The notes under the pieces are model-generated. The model made no database searches. It was given only the letters and a program-made list of their open reading frames with translations, and was not told the DNA's origin. Shown here one piece after another: positions 1-9,590 of a stretch of DNA of 64,000 nucleotides (its first letter is position 1; each line of letters opens with the position of its first letter). Origin of the DNA: Candidatus Latescibacterota bacterium (GTDB taxonomy: Bacteria; Latescibacterota; UBA2968; UBA8231); NCBI GenBank assembly GCA_965242865.1, contig CBDETK010000013.1, forward strand, positions 4,096,001-4,160,000. Reading direction: 5' to 3'. The translations under genes and the position numbers were made by a program.

Positions 1-1575
1 AGTGCTAATTTCCACTTTGAGACCTTGGTGAAGTACTGCGTCGCCTTCGCTAATGAAGGCGGTGGAAGGATGATCTTGGGCATAACCGATAAGCTGCCGC
101 GCACGGTGGTTGGGAGTCAGGCGTTTCTCGATCTCGAACGGACGAAGGCCAGCCTGATTGAGCGACTGCGGTTGCGCGTTGAGGTCGAGGAAATTCAGCA
201 TCCGAACGGTCGGGTTCTGGTCTTTCAAATCCCCACTCGTCCGATTGGTGTGCCTATGCAGTATAAAGGCGCGTATTGGATGCGTAGTGGAGAGGACCTT
301 GTTCCCATGACGCCGGATCAACTCCAGCGCATTTTTGCCGAGGCCAGCCCGGATTTCTCGTCTGAGACTTGTACGTCTGCCCAATTAGACGATCTCGACC
401 CAATCGCCGTGGACGTTCTGCGTAGGCTCTGGCAGCGGAAATCACCCGATCAAGACATCTCGACCCGTCCCGTGGAGCAGCTCTTGGCAGATGCGGAATT
501 ACTTATTGATGGCGAGGTGACGTACGCAGCACTAATCCTGCTGGGTACGCGCAAAGCCTTGGGCAAATACCTCGCCCAAGCGGAGCTTATTTTTGAATAC
601 CGCTTCAACGAAGTGCCGGGACCGGCGGCGGAACGATGTGAATTCAGACAAGGCTTTCTTCCTGTGCTCGACGAGATCTGGCGACTTATCAACCAGCGCA
701 ATGATCTGCAACACTTTCAACAGGGATTCTTTATTTGGGACGTGCCGACGTTCAACGAGCGCGTGGTTCGCGAAGCTGTCTTGAACGCAGTCAGTCACCG
801 CGATTATCGGTATGGAGGCTCTGTCTTCGTGCGCCAGTATCCGCGACGCATCGAGATCGTCAGCCCCGGTGGATTCCCGGCCGGTATCACCCCTGAGAAC
901 ATCCTTCGGCAACAAAATCCGCGCAATCGCCGTATCGCCGAAGTCCTCGGCAAATGCGGCTTGGTCGAGCGAGCCGGGCAGGGGTTTGATCGCATCTTTC
1001 GCGAGTGCATTCAGCAGAGTAAGCCGTTGCCGGACTTTGTCCACACGGATGCCCACTCCGTATGGCTCACGCTGCACGGCGATATTCAAGACCCGGAATT
1101 CCTGCGTTTTCTGGAGGAGATTGGTCGGGAACAAGTGGCCGCATTCAGCCTCGACGATTTGCTAGTGGTCGGTTTCGTCCACCGCGAGCAGCCTGTTTCC
1201 GATGACCTTAAACCGAGGGTTGAGCATTTGCTGGAACAGGGCATCATTGAGCGCGTGGGACGCGGGCGGGGTGTGCGGCTGCTGCTGTCTCGGCAATTTT
1301 ACCGGCACCTCGGTAAGGCTGGGGTCTATACGCGCAAGCGCGGATTGGACCGGGAGACGAACAAGGAGTTGTTGCTGAAGCACATTCAAGACAACCGGAA
1401 AGAAGGGAGCCAGTTGCGGGAACTGAGGCAGGTACTACCCGCGCTTTCGCGGGATCAAGTGCAGAGTTTGCTTCGGGGTTTGAAGAACGAGGGACGCATA
1501 TATAAAGTTGGAACCACTAGGGCCGCTCGCTGGTATCCAGGGAGACCTCCATTTGGAATTGCGTCAAAAGAATAA
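1..1575 (+). CDS. AlbA_2 (Schlafen-like) + HATPase_c_4 (RecG C-terminal-like) + wHTH protein, 5'-truncated by window edge
   Basis: Frame is open from position 1; motifs AFANEGGG..LGITD, REAVLNAVSHRDY, IVSPGGFP, RNRRIAEVL..GLVERAGQGFDRI; C-terminal winged-helix-like segment. Confidence 0.8.
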   Translation, partial: SANFHFETLVKYCVAFANEGGGRMILGITDKLPRTVVGSQAFLDLERTKASLIERLRLRVEVEEIQHPNGRVLVFQIPTRPIGVPMQYKGAYWMRSGEDLVPMTPDQLQRIFAEASPDFSSETCTSAQLDDLDPIAVDVLRRLWQRKSPDQDISTRPVEQLLADAELLIDGEVTYAALILLGTRKALGKYLAQAELIFEYRFNEVPGPAAERCEFRQGFLPVLDEIWRLINQRNDLQHFQQGFFIWDVPTFNERVVREAVLNAVSHRDYRYGGSVFVRQYPRRIEIVSPGGFPAGITPENILRQQNPRNRRIAEVLGKCGLVERAGQGFDRIFRECIQQSKPLPDFVHTDAHSVWLTLHGDIQDPEFLRFLEEIGREQVAAFSLDDLLVVGFVHREQPVSDDLKPRVEHLLEQGIIERVGRGRGVRLLLSRQFYRHLGKAGVYTRKRGLDRETNKELLLKHIQDNRKEGSQLRELRQVLPALSRDQVQSLLRGLKNEGRIYKVGTTRAARWYPGRPPFGIASKE

Positions 1576-1833
1576 ATAAGCCAAAAAGCGCAATTAATTA
1601 CGCAATTAGGCGCAATCCATTTTATAAGTATCTGTTTATTATATCGTTATGTTTAGACATTTGTGCCAGCATTTATTGCTTATACCGCAATAAGTCGTAA
1701 TTCATCCGGCATAAATACGGGTAGCGGCGCAAGGAGCAGGGCGTGGGACGGCGTCATCGTTCTTGCACCGCCCCCCTGCGTCGTTAAGTTAGCCTGAAAG
1801 TGGAATCGTGGATTTCGGAAAGCGAGTTTGAGC

Positions 1834-2529
1834 ATGGTCACTCAACAAGAAATTGCTGAATTCAGCGGCGAAACGGTCCGCAACGTCGCCGGAACACTGA
1901 TCTGGTTGGCGCGGCCTCCTGAACGATCGGAAGCACTAAGCTGGAACGAGCTCGCAGACCTGCTCGCGAACGAGGATATAGATAAAGACAAAGTACAAGG
2001 CGCGATAGAGCTATTAACCGCCAGCTTTCATAACCGCCACGATGCCGTAGTTGACGTCTGCACCGCCTTTCAGGATCGGCTCCAGAAAGCGGTTGAAGGT
2101 TTTCCTTTAGGCAACGAAATGGACCCTGACGACATCGCGGTCCCGGAATTGGAGAAAAGCGAGGAATACTTCCGCAAGGAAAGGGAAGAACTGCGCGGTA
2201 TTCGGGACGCCTTGCAACGGACAGGGGGCACAGAAGCATACGGTGCTGAGGTATTCGCAGCATTGGGACGCTTGGACGAGCTGTTTGAATATCTCGTTGC
2301 GTCGTTCCAAGAGCTTCGCTGGACTATAATGATCCACGACGGGGCACTCGCTTCGAGCACAGGCGGAACATGCGCCAGCGGAGCAGAATTTATGGCGTCA
2401 ATGGAGACGTCCGGGGTTGATTCGCCTTCACTTCGTCCGCGACGAAGTTCTCGTACTGTGAAATTGCCGCGGACGCATCCCTGTGGGGCCGTTGGCATTT
2501 TTGTCGGGATGTGTAGATTGTATAGGTAA
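1834..2529 (+). CDS. hypothetical alpha-helical acidic protein
   Basis: Long ORF, ATG at 1834; no recognisable motif; the last ~40 codons look low-quality. Confidence 0.5.
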   Translation: MVTQQEIAEFSGETVRNVAGTLIWLARPPERSEALSWNELADLLANEDIDKDKVQGAIELLTASFHNRHDAVVDVCTAFQDRLQKAVEGFPLGNEMDPDDIAVPELEKSEEYFRKEREELRGIRDALQRTGGTEAYGAEVFAALGRLDELFEYLVASFQELRWTIMIHDGALASSTGGTCASGAEFMASMETSGVDSPSLRPRRSSRTVKLPRTHPCGAVGIFVGMCRLYR

Positions 2530-2540
2530 AGGATAAACGG

Positions 2541-3158
2541 ATGATACAGCGTGCATACATGCCCCTCGTCTGGATCGGCTTGCTGGTGGCGAGTGGGGCC
2601 GAGGCGGTGCGCATCCAAGACGCCGGGCCCGAAGAAGTGCCCAAGCGGCCGCACGATGGCTACTATGCTGCGGTAGGCTTGGGTTTCATCAACTTGGATC
2701 ATCGCGGCTCGGGCGTGCGCGTCCCCTTGGGGTTTAGGGCGGTGTTCAACCGCTGGCGTCTCATTGGCTCGGCCAATGTGCTCGATGTGAGCTTCCACGA
2801 AGGGGACGACTACGACCCGCGTTACGTCCGGCCCTTTCCCTCCTCTACGGCCTGCTTTGATTCGCGGACTGGATACCGCGTGCCGGCCTACCGCTGCTCG
2901 GGCGGCACGGATTGGCTCCGCTCGCTCAGTGCGGATCTGGCCTATGTCGTCCTCGACGAAGTGTGGATTGCCGGCCGACCGAGCAAGCTGTTCGCCGGGT
3001 TGGGCTACCGCCACCTAGACCCCGTGACGGCGTATGGAACCTTGGGGTTGTTTTTCGATGCTCCGGGCCGGACCGTCGGCAGCTTTAAGGTGCTAGTCGG
3101 CCGGGGCTACGTCACTTTGGGGCTGCTGTGGGGCTTTGATTTGCGCCGCGTCTTTTAG
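2541..3158 (+). CDS. exported protein, possible small outer-membrane beta-barrel
   Basis: Signal peptide (..GAEA), alternating hydrophobic strands, C-terminal Phe, RBS AAAGGA. Confidence 0.55.
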   Translation: MIQRAYMPLVWIGLLVASGAEAVRIQDAGPEEVPKRPHDGYYAAVGLGFINLDHRGSGVRVPLGFRAVFNRWRLIGSANVLDVSFHEGDDYDPRYVRPFPSSTACFDSRTGYRVPAYRCSGGTDWLRSLSADLAYVVLDEVWIAGRPSKLFAGLGYRHLDPVTAYGTLGLFFDAPGRTVGSFKVLVGRGYVTLGLLWGFDLRRVF

Positions 3159-3165
3159 AGGATTT

Positions 3166-5709
3166 ATGGTCGCTTGGCCTCTTTGCGCGGCCTTGGCTCT
3201 CCTATCTGTGGGCGCGGCCGCGCAAACGCTACCCACCGAAGTGCATCCGGGCCTGCTCTTTTCCGCCGCCGACATTCCCCTGCTCAAAGAGCGCATTGAG
3301 CGCGAACCTTATGCCACGTGGTGGCAGGCCGTGTTGCAGCGGGCGCGAACCGCCCCGGCGACCTTTGCCGACGAGCGCGCCGAGGTCCGCTACGCCAAGT
3401 CCCTCGCCTTTGCTTGGCTGATGACCGACCAGGCCGCGTTTGCCGAGCGGGCGTTGGAAGTGATGCAGGGGGTGGCGTTCCCCCCGCGCGGCGGCGATTT
3501 GGGCGAACCGCACAACGAGGGCGAGGTCGTGGCCCAGTACGCGGTGGCGTACGACATCCTGCACCCGTACGCTGCGGCCAACGACCCACAGGCCCTGCAA
3601 GCGATGCGGGCCATGCTCGGGGAGGAAGCCGACCGCCTGTGGAAGGGCATCGTGATTGGCAGGGTGGGGGTGGGGCTGTTCCCGGTCAAAATCCGCTTGC
3701 ACGAGACCCCGCATCTCGACAACTGGCACATCCGCGCGTACAGCGGCCTCGGGCTAGCGGCCTTGGCCTTGAGCGAGTACGCCCACGGCTCGCCGCAGGA
3801 ATGGGCTGACCGCGCCTTGGCGATGGTCACCAAAAGCCTCGACTTCCAAATTGAAGAAAGGGATGGGGGATACGCGGAGGGGCCGTTTTACAGTCGCTAC
3901 GCCGCGGATGTCTATCTGCCCTACTTGTTCGCGCTCAAAAACCGCACCGGCTTGGACCTGTTTGCCGACCCCAAGATCGAGAAGATGCACGATTGGTCCC
4001 TGAACCTGCGGTTGCCCAATGGCCGGCGGCCCAACATCGACGACAGCCACCTAGACGATTTCTACGGTCATTACCTAGCGGCCGTGCAAGCCAATGGTGG
4101 GGTTCATCGCTGGGATTGGGAGAACAATGAGCGCGGCCTGTACGTGCGCCAATTTGCCGAGATGGACGCCATCGCCCTGTACGACGACCGCGTGCCGGCG
4201 CAAGAGCCGACGCACGGCCCGTCGGTTTTTATGCCGGGGGCTGGAGACGCCGTCTTCCGCAGCGACTGGTCGGCCGCCGGGACGTACCTGCTCTTGCGCG
4301 GCGAAAACGGCCCGGCCCGCGAGCGCGGCCTCGCGCACGAACACCCCGACGGAACCAGCTTTGTGCTCTACGCCGCCGGCGAGATGCTGGCCTTGGACGC
4401 AGGTTACATCAATTTTGACAACCGCGACAAGGTCAACAAAGGCCGCGACCACAACCTAGTGTTGATCGATGGCCAAGGGCCGCCGCGCCGGACCGTGCCC
4501 GTGTTGGGGACCGTCGGCGATCGCCACGACGCCTTTATCGAGGACTTCTTCGCGAGCGCCGCGGGCGACTACGCGGAAGTCCGCACGGCCTACCGGGGAG
4601 TTGAGCTGAGGCGGCGGGTCTTTTTTGCCGACCACCAGTACTTCTTCGTAGCCGACGAAATCGACGATCCGGGCCGGCACCACGCCTACGAGTGGCGGCT
4701 GCACGGCAACGGCGGCGGCACCAGCAGGGGCGCGTATAGCCGCGCGGGCAACTTGGCGCGTTGGACGCGGGCAAAGGCCGAGTTGCTGGCGTTTTTGCCG
4801 GACCAAGCCGGCCGAGTCGCGCTCGAAAGCGAGGCGGTCCACTCCTTTGATTATCGCCGAGAGCAGACCCACGCGGTGTTGCGGGTGCAGCAAGAGGGCG
4901 TGGATGGGCGGTACTTAGCCGTGCTGTATCCGCGGCCGATTGGGGAGGCCGAGCCGGCGTTTGCGACCGCATCCGCGCAAGGGGGCGAGGCGGCTGTCGT
5001 GGCGTTGGCCGGAGCGCGGGATTTGGCTTGGCTCCGCCACGGCCATGCGTCCGAAGTGGCTGTATCCGGCCCGGACGTGCGCTTGGTCAGCGACGCCCGT
5101 TTCGGCTACGTCCGCTACGTCGCTGGGCAACTCGCTCGCTTTGCAGCCCAAGACGCGACCTATCTGTTGGCCGACGGCGCGACGGTCTTCCGCGCCAGCG
5201 AAGCGATTGACGTGAGCATGGAGCGAGACGACGGTACGGGTTTCGCACGCGGCCCCAGCGCGGGCTATCAGCTAAAAATGCCCCATGCTGGAAATGAGTG
5301 GACCGCGGCTCGCTTCCGCGGCCGCGCGTGGCAGGGCACGGCCGTAGAAGGCGAGCTGCTCGTGCTGGAGCTAGCGGGCGAGGGGACGCTAACGCTGCGA
5401 GCGGACCGGCGCGGCGAAGCACAAAAGGAGGCGCAGCCGCGCCCAGATCGCTACGCCTTGCATCCAAACGCACCCAACCCATTCAATCCGACGACCAAAA
5501 TCCGCTTTGATTTGCCCACCGTTAGCTTGGTCGAACTAACGGTGTACAACGCCTTGGGGCAGGAAGTCGAGCGGTTGGTGGAGTGGCCGCTGCCGGCGGG
5601 GCGGCACGAGGTGGAGTGGGACGCGACCGGCTATCGGAGCGGCCTCTACTTCTACGCGCTCAAAGCCGATTCCTACCGCGCCCAGCGCAAGATGCTGCTG
5701 CTGCGCTGA
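3166..5709 (+). CDS. heparinase II/III-family polysaccharide lyase with C-terminal FlgD/T9SS-like sorting domain
   Basis: Signal peptide; HPGLLF, NWH, GGYAEGPFY, FRSDW, HEHPD..SF, HNLVLIDG motifs; ends PNPFNPTTKIRFDLP...SGLYFY...KMLLLR. Confidence 0.8.
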   Translation: MVAWPLCAALALLSVGAAAQTLPTEVHPGLLFSAADIPLLKERIEREPYATWWQAVLQRARTAPATFADERAEVRYAKSLAFAWLMTDQAAFAERALEVMQGVAFPPRGGDLGEPHNEGEVVAQYAVAYDILHPYAAANDPQALQAMRAMLGEEADRLWKGIVIGRVGVGLFPVKIRLHETPHLDNWHIRAYSGLGLAALALSEYAHGSPQEWADRALAMVTKSLDFQIEERDGGYAEGPFYSRYAADVYLPYLFALKNRTGLDLFADPKIEKMHDWSLNLRLPNGRRPNIDDSHLDDFYGHYLAAVQANGGVHRWDWENNERGLYVRQFAEMDAIALYDDRVPAQEPTHGPSVFMPGAGDAVFRSDWSAAGTYLLLRGENGPARERGLAHEHPDGTSFVLYAAGEMLALDAGYINFDNRDKVNKGRDHNLVLIDGQGPPRRTVPVLGTVGDRHDAFIEDFFASAAGDYAEVRTAYRGVELRRRVFFADHQYFFVADEIDDPGRHHAYEWRLHGNGGGTSRGAYSRAGNLARWTRAKAELLAFLPDQAGRVALESEAVHSFDYRREQTHAVLRVQQEGVDGRYLAVLYPRPIGEAEPAFATASAQGGEAAVVALAGARDLAWLRHGHASEVAVSGPDVRLVSDARFGYVRYVAGQLARFAAQDATYLLADGATVFRASEAIDVSMERDDGTGFARGPSAGYQLKMPHAGNEWTAARFRGRAWQGTAVEGELLVLELAGEGTLTLRADRRGEAQKEAQPRPDRYALHPNAPNPFNPTTKIRFDLPTVSLVELTVYNALGQEVERLVEWPLPAGRHEVEWDATGYRSGLYFYALKADSYRAQRKMLLLR

Positions 5710-5849
5710 TGACATAAGGCTGGCCGCAACGTGCTCGGCGCAGTCGCCACCGCGAGCGCGGGCGGGATTTGTCCCGATTGCGGTCAGCCGCTATCTTTTT
5801 GGCGATGGTGAGGCCGTTGTCAGGCGATGTCAACACAGGAGATTTTGCG

Positions 5850-6143
5850 ATGAAATCGGCACTTGAACTGGCCATGGAAAAGGCCGACGAGGCGGTCGGG
5901 GGCGCAGCGGGGATTAAGCTGACAGACGAGCAGAAAGAGGCCATAGATCAGGTGCGCAAGCAGTACGAGGCCAAGTGGGCCGAGCAAGAAATCGCGCTCA
6001 AGGGGCAGCTAGAACGGCCCCCAGACGCAGACCCGCAGGCCCTCGTCGAAGTGCGCCGCCAAGTGCAGGAGCAAATGAGCAAAGTTCGCAACCAGCTCTT
6101 TGCCGAGCGCGACGCCAAAATCGAGGCGATTCGCAACCCGTAG
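5850..6143 (+). CDS. small coiled-coil hypothetical protein (MKSALELAMEK...)
   Basis: RBS AGGAG upstream of ATG 5850; host-like codon usage. Confidence 0.7.
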   Translation: MKSALELAMEKADEAVGGAAGIKLTDEQKEAIDQVRKQYEAKWAEQEIALKGQLERPPDADPQALVEVRRQVQEQMSKVRNQLFAERDAKIEAIRNP

Positions 6144-6149
6144 GTGCGT

Positions 6150-7829
6150 ATGCAGCCAAACTACGAAGTCGATATGAGATTGAACGTCCCGACGCGCATG
6201 CGGGACGGCGTCGATCTTTCTTCGGACCTCTATCTGCCGAGGGCAGCGGGTCGATGCCCGGCCGTGTTGATGCGAACGCCGTACGACAACAACGCGCCGC
6301 CCATGATCGAGAAGGCCATGCGGCTCGCCAACAGCGGCTATGCCTGCGTCGTCCAAGACGTGCGGGGCCGCTGGGACTCCGATGGGGTTCACTACGCGCT
6401 GTTCGACCACGGCCCGGACGGTTTTGATACGCAGCAATGGATTGGTCAGCAGGAGTGGAGCAACGGCAAAATCGGCATGGCCGGCGGCTCGTACCTCGGC
6501 TGGGTGCAGTGGCAGAGCGCGCCGCACCGCAGCCAGCACCTGACGTGCATGGCGCCTAGGGTCATGTGCGGCGATTTGTACTCGGGCCTCATTCACCCCG
6601 GCGGGGCGTTCCAACTCAACGTCGCCCTCACGTGGGGGATGCGGACCAATGGCCGGACCGCTCAGAGCATCGAGTACCACAACTGGACGGAGGCCTTTCG
6701 CGCCATCCCGCTCATCGACATGGACCAACAGGCCGGCCGTACGCTGCGGTTTTGGCGGGATTGGGTGACGCACACCGAATACGATGCCTACTGGGACTCG
6801 GTCAACGTCGAAAACAAGTGGGGCGAAATCGCGGCCCCCGCGCTGATAATGGGAGGCTGGTACGACCTCTACTCCCACAATACCTTTATCAACTTCAATG
6901 GTCTAAGGCGGCATGGGCGGACCCCCGAAGCTAGGCAAAGTCAACTCATCGTCGGGCCTTGGCCGCACGCGCTCAGCGTTTCTACCAAGACCGGCGACAT
7001 CGACTTTGGCGCGAACTCGCTGTACGACTTGGAGGCGTTGGAGCTGCGTTGGTTTGATTATTGGCTAAAGGGCCGCGACAACGGCATCGTCGGCGAGGCC
7101 CCGCTGCGGCTGTTCATAATGGGCGTCAATGAATGGCGAGACGAGTGCGAATGGCCGCTGGCTAGGACCGACTGGCAAAAGTGGTATCTACACTCGTCCG
7201 GCAACGCCAACACCCTGTTGGGCGACGGCCGTCTATCGCCGGCTGAGCCGGGTGCCGAGCCGGCGGATCACTTCGCGTACGATCCCGATTTTCCCGTGCA
7301 GACTGTGGGCGGAAACAACTGTTGCTCGCCCCACATTGTGCCTTGGGGCCCTTACGACCAGCGCGATGTGGAGATGAGGGCCGACGTGCTCTGCTACACC
7401 AGCGAGCCTTTGGCCGCCGACCTCGAGGTGACCGGGCCGATCAAGGTGGTCCTATACGCCGCTACAGACGGGCTAGATACCGACTGGACCGCCAAGCTAG
7501 TGGACGTGTCCACTAGCGGGTACGCCAAGAACCTCTGCGACGGCATCGTCCGGGCGCGCTACCGCGAGGGCTTTGCCGCGCCCCAGTTGCTCCAGCCCAA
7601 TCAAACGTACCAGTACGAGATTGAGCTGGCCGTCACCGGCAATGTCTTCAAGAAGGGGCACCGGATCAGAGTTGAAGTGTCCTCGTCTAATTTTCCGCGC
7701 TTTGACCGCAACCACAACACCGGCAACGAACTCGGCACAGACACCGCCATGCGAAGCGCGCAACAGACGGTGCAACACTCCAGAGCGCATCCGTCGCACG
7801 TGCTTTTGCCAGTGATTCCGTGCGGCTAA
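6150..7829 (+). CDS. CocE/NonD-family serine hydrolase
   Basis: MRDGVDL, RTPY, QDVRGRWDSDG, GGSYLG nucleophile, GGWYD, GPWPH, SSSNFPRFDRN. Confidence 0.92.
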   Translation: MQPNYEVDMRLNVPTRMRDGVDLSSDLYLPRAAGRCPAVLMRTPYDNNAPPMIEKAMRLANSGYACVVQDVRGRWDSDGVHYALFDHGPDGFDTQQWIGQQEWSNGKIGMAGGSYLGWVQWQSAPHRSQHLTCMAPRVMCGDLYSGLIHPGGAFQLNVALTWGMRTNGRTAQSIEYHNWTEAFRAIPLIDMDQQAGRTLRFWRDWVTHTEYDAYWDSVNVENKWGEIAAPALIMGGWYDLYSHNTFINFNGLRRHGRTPEARQSQLIVGPWPHALSVSTKTGDIDFGANSLYDLEALELRWFDYWLKGRDNGIVGEAPLRLFIMGVNEWRDECEWPLARTDWQKWYLHSSGNANTLLGDGRLSPAEPGAEPADHFAYDPDFPVQTVGGNNCCSPHIVPWGPYDQRDVEMRADVLCYTSEPLAADLEVTGPIKVVLYAATDGLDTDWTAKLVDVSTSGYAKNLCDGIVRARYREGFAAPQLLQPNQTYQYEIELAVTGNVFKKGHRIRVEVSSSNFPRFDRNHNTGNELGTDTAMRSAQQTVQHSRAHPSHVLLPVIPCG

Positions 7830-7869
7830 AAGCACGTGCCAGCGAGCATCGCGCCTAGCCCGAGTGCAA

Positions 7870-7898
7870 TTGACAGTGCAAATAGTAGGGCCTACTAT
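7870..7898 (+). promoter_or_regulatory. sigma70-type promoter of gltA with a palindrome over the -10
   Basis: TTGACA (7870-7875), 17 bp, TACTAT (7893-7898); inverted repeat ATAGTAGG-G-CCTACTAT at 7882-7898. Confidence 0.65.
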
Positions 7899-7979
7899 CT
7901 GATAAAAACAGCACGCCGGTCTCGTTTGCGGCGCGGCTTCGCGCCCGGGACGACCGGGTTACAGGAAGGAGAACAGGAC

Positions 7980-9263
7980 ATGGTGGAAACGGCCCGCTTG
8001 CAGGCTGGGGATCAGGTCGCCGAACTGCCTATCGTCGTCGGCAGCGAGGGCGAAAAGGCACTCGATATTGCCAAACTGCGCGCCGAGACCGGGTATATCG
8101 CCCTAGACCCCGGCTACGGCAATACGGGTTCTTGCCAGAGCGATATTACCTTTATCGATGGCGACGAGGGCATCTTGCGCTACCGGGGCTATGCAATTGA
8201 GGACTTGGCCGAGCACAGCCGCTTCATCGAGGTCGCTTATTTGCTGATCTGGGGCGAGTTGCCCAACGCCGCCCAGCTAGACGAGTTCAGTGCGCTGCTG
8301 ACCAAGCACCAGATGCTGCGCGAGGAGCTAAAGCAGCACTTCAGCCTCTTTCCACCCAACTCCCCGCCGATGGCCGTACTGTCCTCGGTGCTCAATGCCT
8401 TGAGCTGCTACTACCCCGAGCTGTTGGAGATTCAGGACGAGGAGACCTTTATCGAAGCGTCCGCACGCATCATGTCCAAGGTCCGCACCATTGCCGCCTA
8501 TTCCCACCGCCAGCAGCTCGGGCACCACATCGAGTACCCGCACCCCAAGAAGCGGTACGCCGAGAATTTCCTGCACATGATGTTCAGCCAGCCGTACAAC
8601 GAGTTTGAGGCAGACCCCGTGCTGATTGACGCGCTGGATTTGATTTTTCTCCTCCACGCCGACCACGAGCAGAATTGCAGCACCTCTACGGTGCGGATGG
8701 TCGGCAGCAGCGAGGCCAACCTCTTTGCCTCGGTCGCGGCTGGCGTCTCCGCCCTGTGGGGGCCGCTGCACGGCGGGGCGAATGTGGCGGTCGTCGATAT
8801 GCTAGAAAAAATCCGCGACGAAAACATCTCGGTCGGCGACTACGTCGAGCAGGTCAAGGACAAGAAGGCCGGGATCCGCTTGATGGGGTTTGGGCATCGG
8901 GTGTACAAGAATTTTGACCCGCGCGCCAAGATCATCAAAAAGAGCTGCGAGAAGGTATTGGCCAAGCTCCACGTCAACGACGCCTTGCTCGACATAGCGA
9001 AAGAGCTAGAAGCCGTCGCGCTGGGGGACGAGTACTTCATCGAGCGCAAGCTCTATCCCAACGTGGATTTCTACAGCGGCGTCATTCTCCGCGCCCTCGG
9101 CATTCCCAAGGAGATGTTCACGGTGATTTTTGCCATCGGCCGCATGCCGGGCTGGATCGCGCATTGGTACGAGGAGAGCAAGGCCACCAAAATCAGCCGC
9201 CCACGCCAAGTGTACACCGGCTCGGTGCAGCGGACCTATCGGCCCCTCGTAGCGCGGCCCTGA
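7980..9263 (+). CDS. gltA: citrate synthase (type II-like)
   Basis: DPGYGNTGSC, LHADHEQNCST, GPLHGGAN, GFGHRVYKNFDPR, YPNVDFYSG; RBS AAGGAG. Confidence 0.97.
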   Translation: MVETARLQAGDQVAELPIVVGSEGEKALDIAKLRAETGYIALDPGYGNTGSCQSDITFIDGDEGILRYRGYAIEDLAEHSRFIEVAYLLIWGELPNAAQLDEFSALLTKHQMLREELKQHFSLFPPNSPPMAVLSSVLNALSCYYPELLEIQDEETFIEASARIMSKVRTIAAYSHRQQLGHHIEYPHPKKRYAENFLHMMFSQPYNEFEADPVLIDALDLIFLLHADHEQNCSTSTVRMVGSSEANLFASVAAGVSALWGPLHGGANVAVVDMLEKIRDENISVGDYVEQVKDKKAGIRLMGFGHRVYKNFDPRAKIIKKSCEKVLAKLHVNDALLDIAKELEAVALGDEYFIERKLYPNVDFYSGVILRALGIPKEMFTVIFAIGRMPGWIAHWYEESKATKISRPRQVYTGSVQRTYRPLVARP

Positions 9264-9297
9264 AATTTTGTCTATATCGTTGAGAAAGGATTAGGGG

Positions 9298-9588
9298 ATG
9301 CAGCCCAGAATCAGTATGCGCCACGGCAAGATCTCGGAAGAGACGAAAGCGCACATTGCCAGTTCTTGTACCAAGCTCGAAAACTACTTCGACCGCATCG
9401 TGGATTGCGAAGTCATCCTCGACCGGGAAAAGCACGACGACAAGGTAGAAATTATCCTCAAGGTACCGCACCGCACCTTTGCGGCCACCGGAGCGGCGAA
9501 CAATCTTTACAAGGCCCTCGCCGAAGCCGAGTCCAAGATCCAAAGCCAGCTTAAAAAACACCACGACAAGCTGGTGTCCCACCACTGA
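9298..9588 (+). CDS. hpf: ribosome hibernation factor HPF/RaiA (short form)
   Basis: 96 aa, RH..ISE...KLENYFD..., NLYKAL..A..K...QLKKH. Confidence 0.85.
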   Translation: MQPRISMRHGKISEETKAHIASSCTKLENYFDRIVDCEVILDREKHDDKVEIILKVPHRTFAATGAANNLYKALAEAESKIQSQLKKHHDKLVSHH

Positions 9589-9590
9589 AA

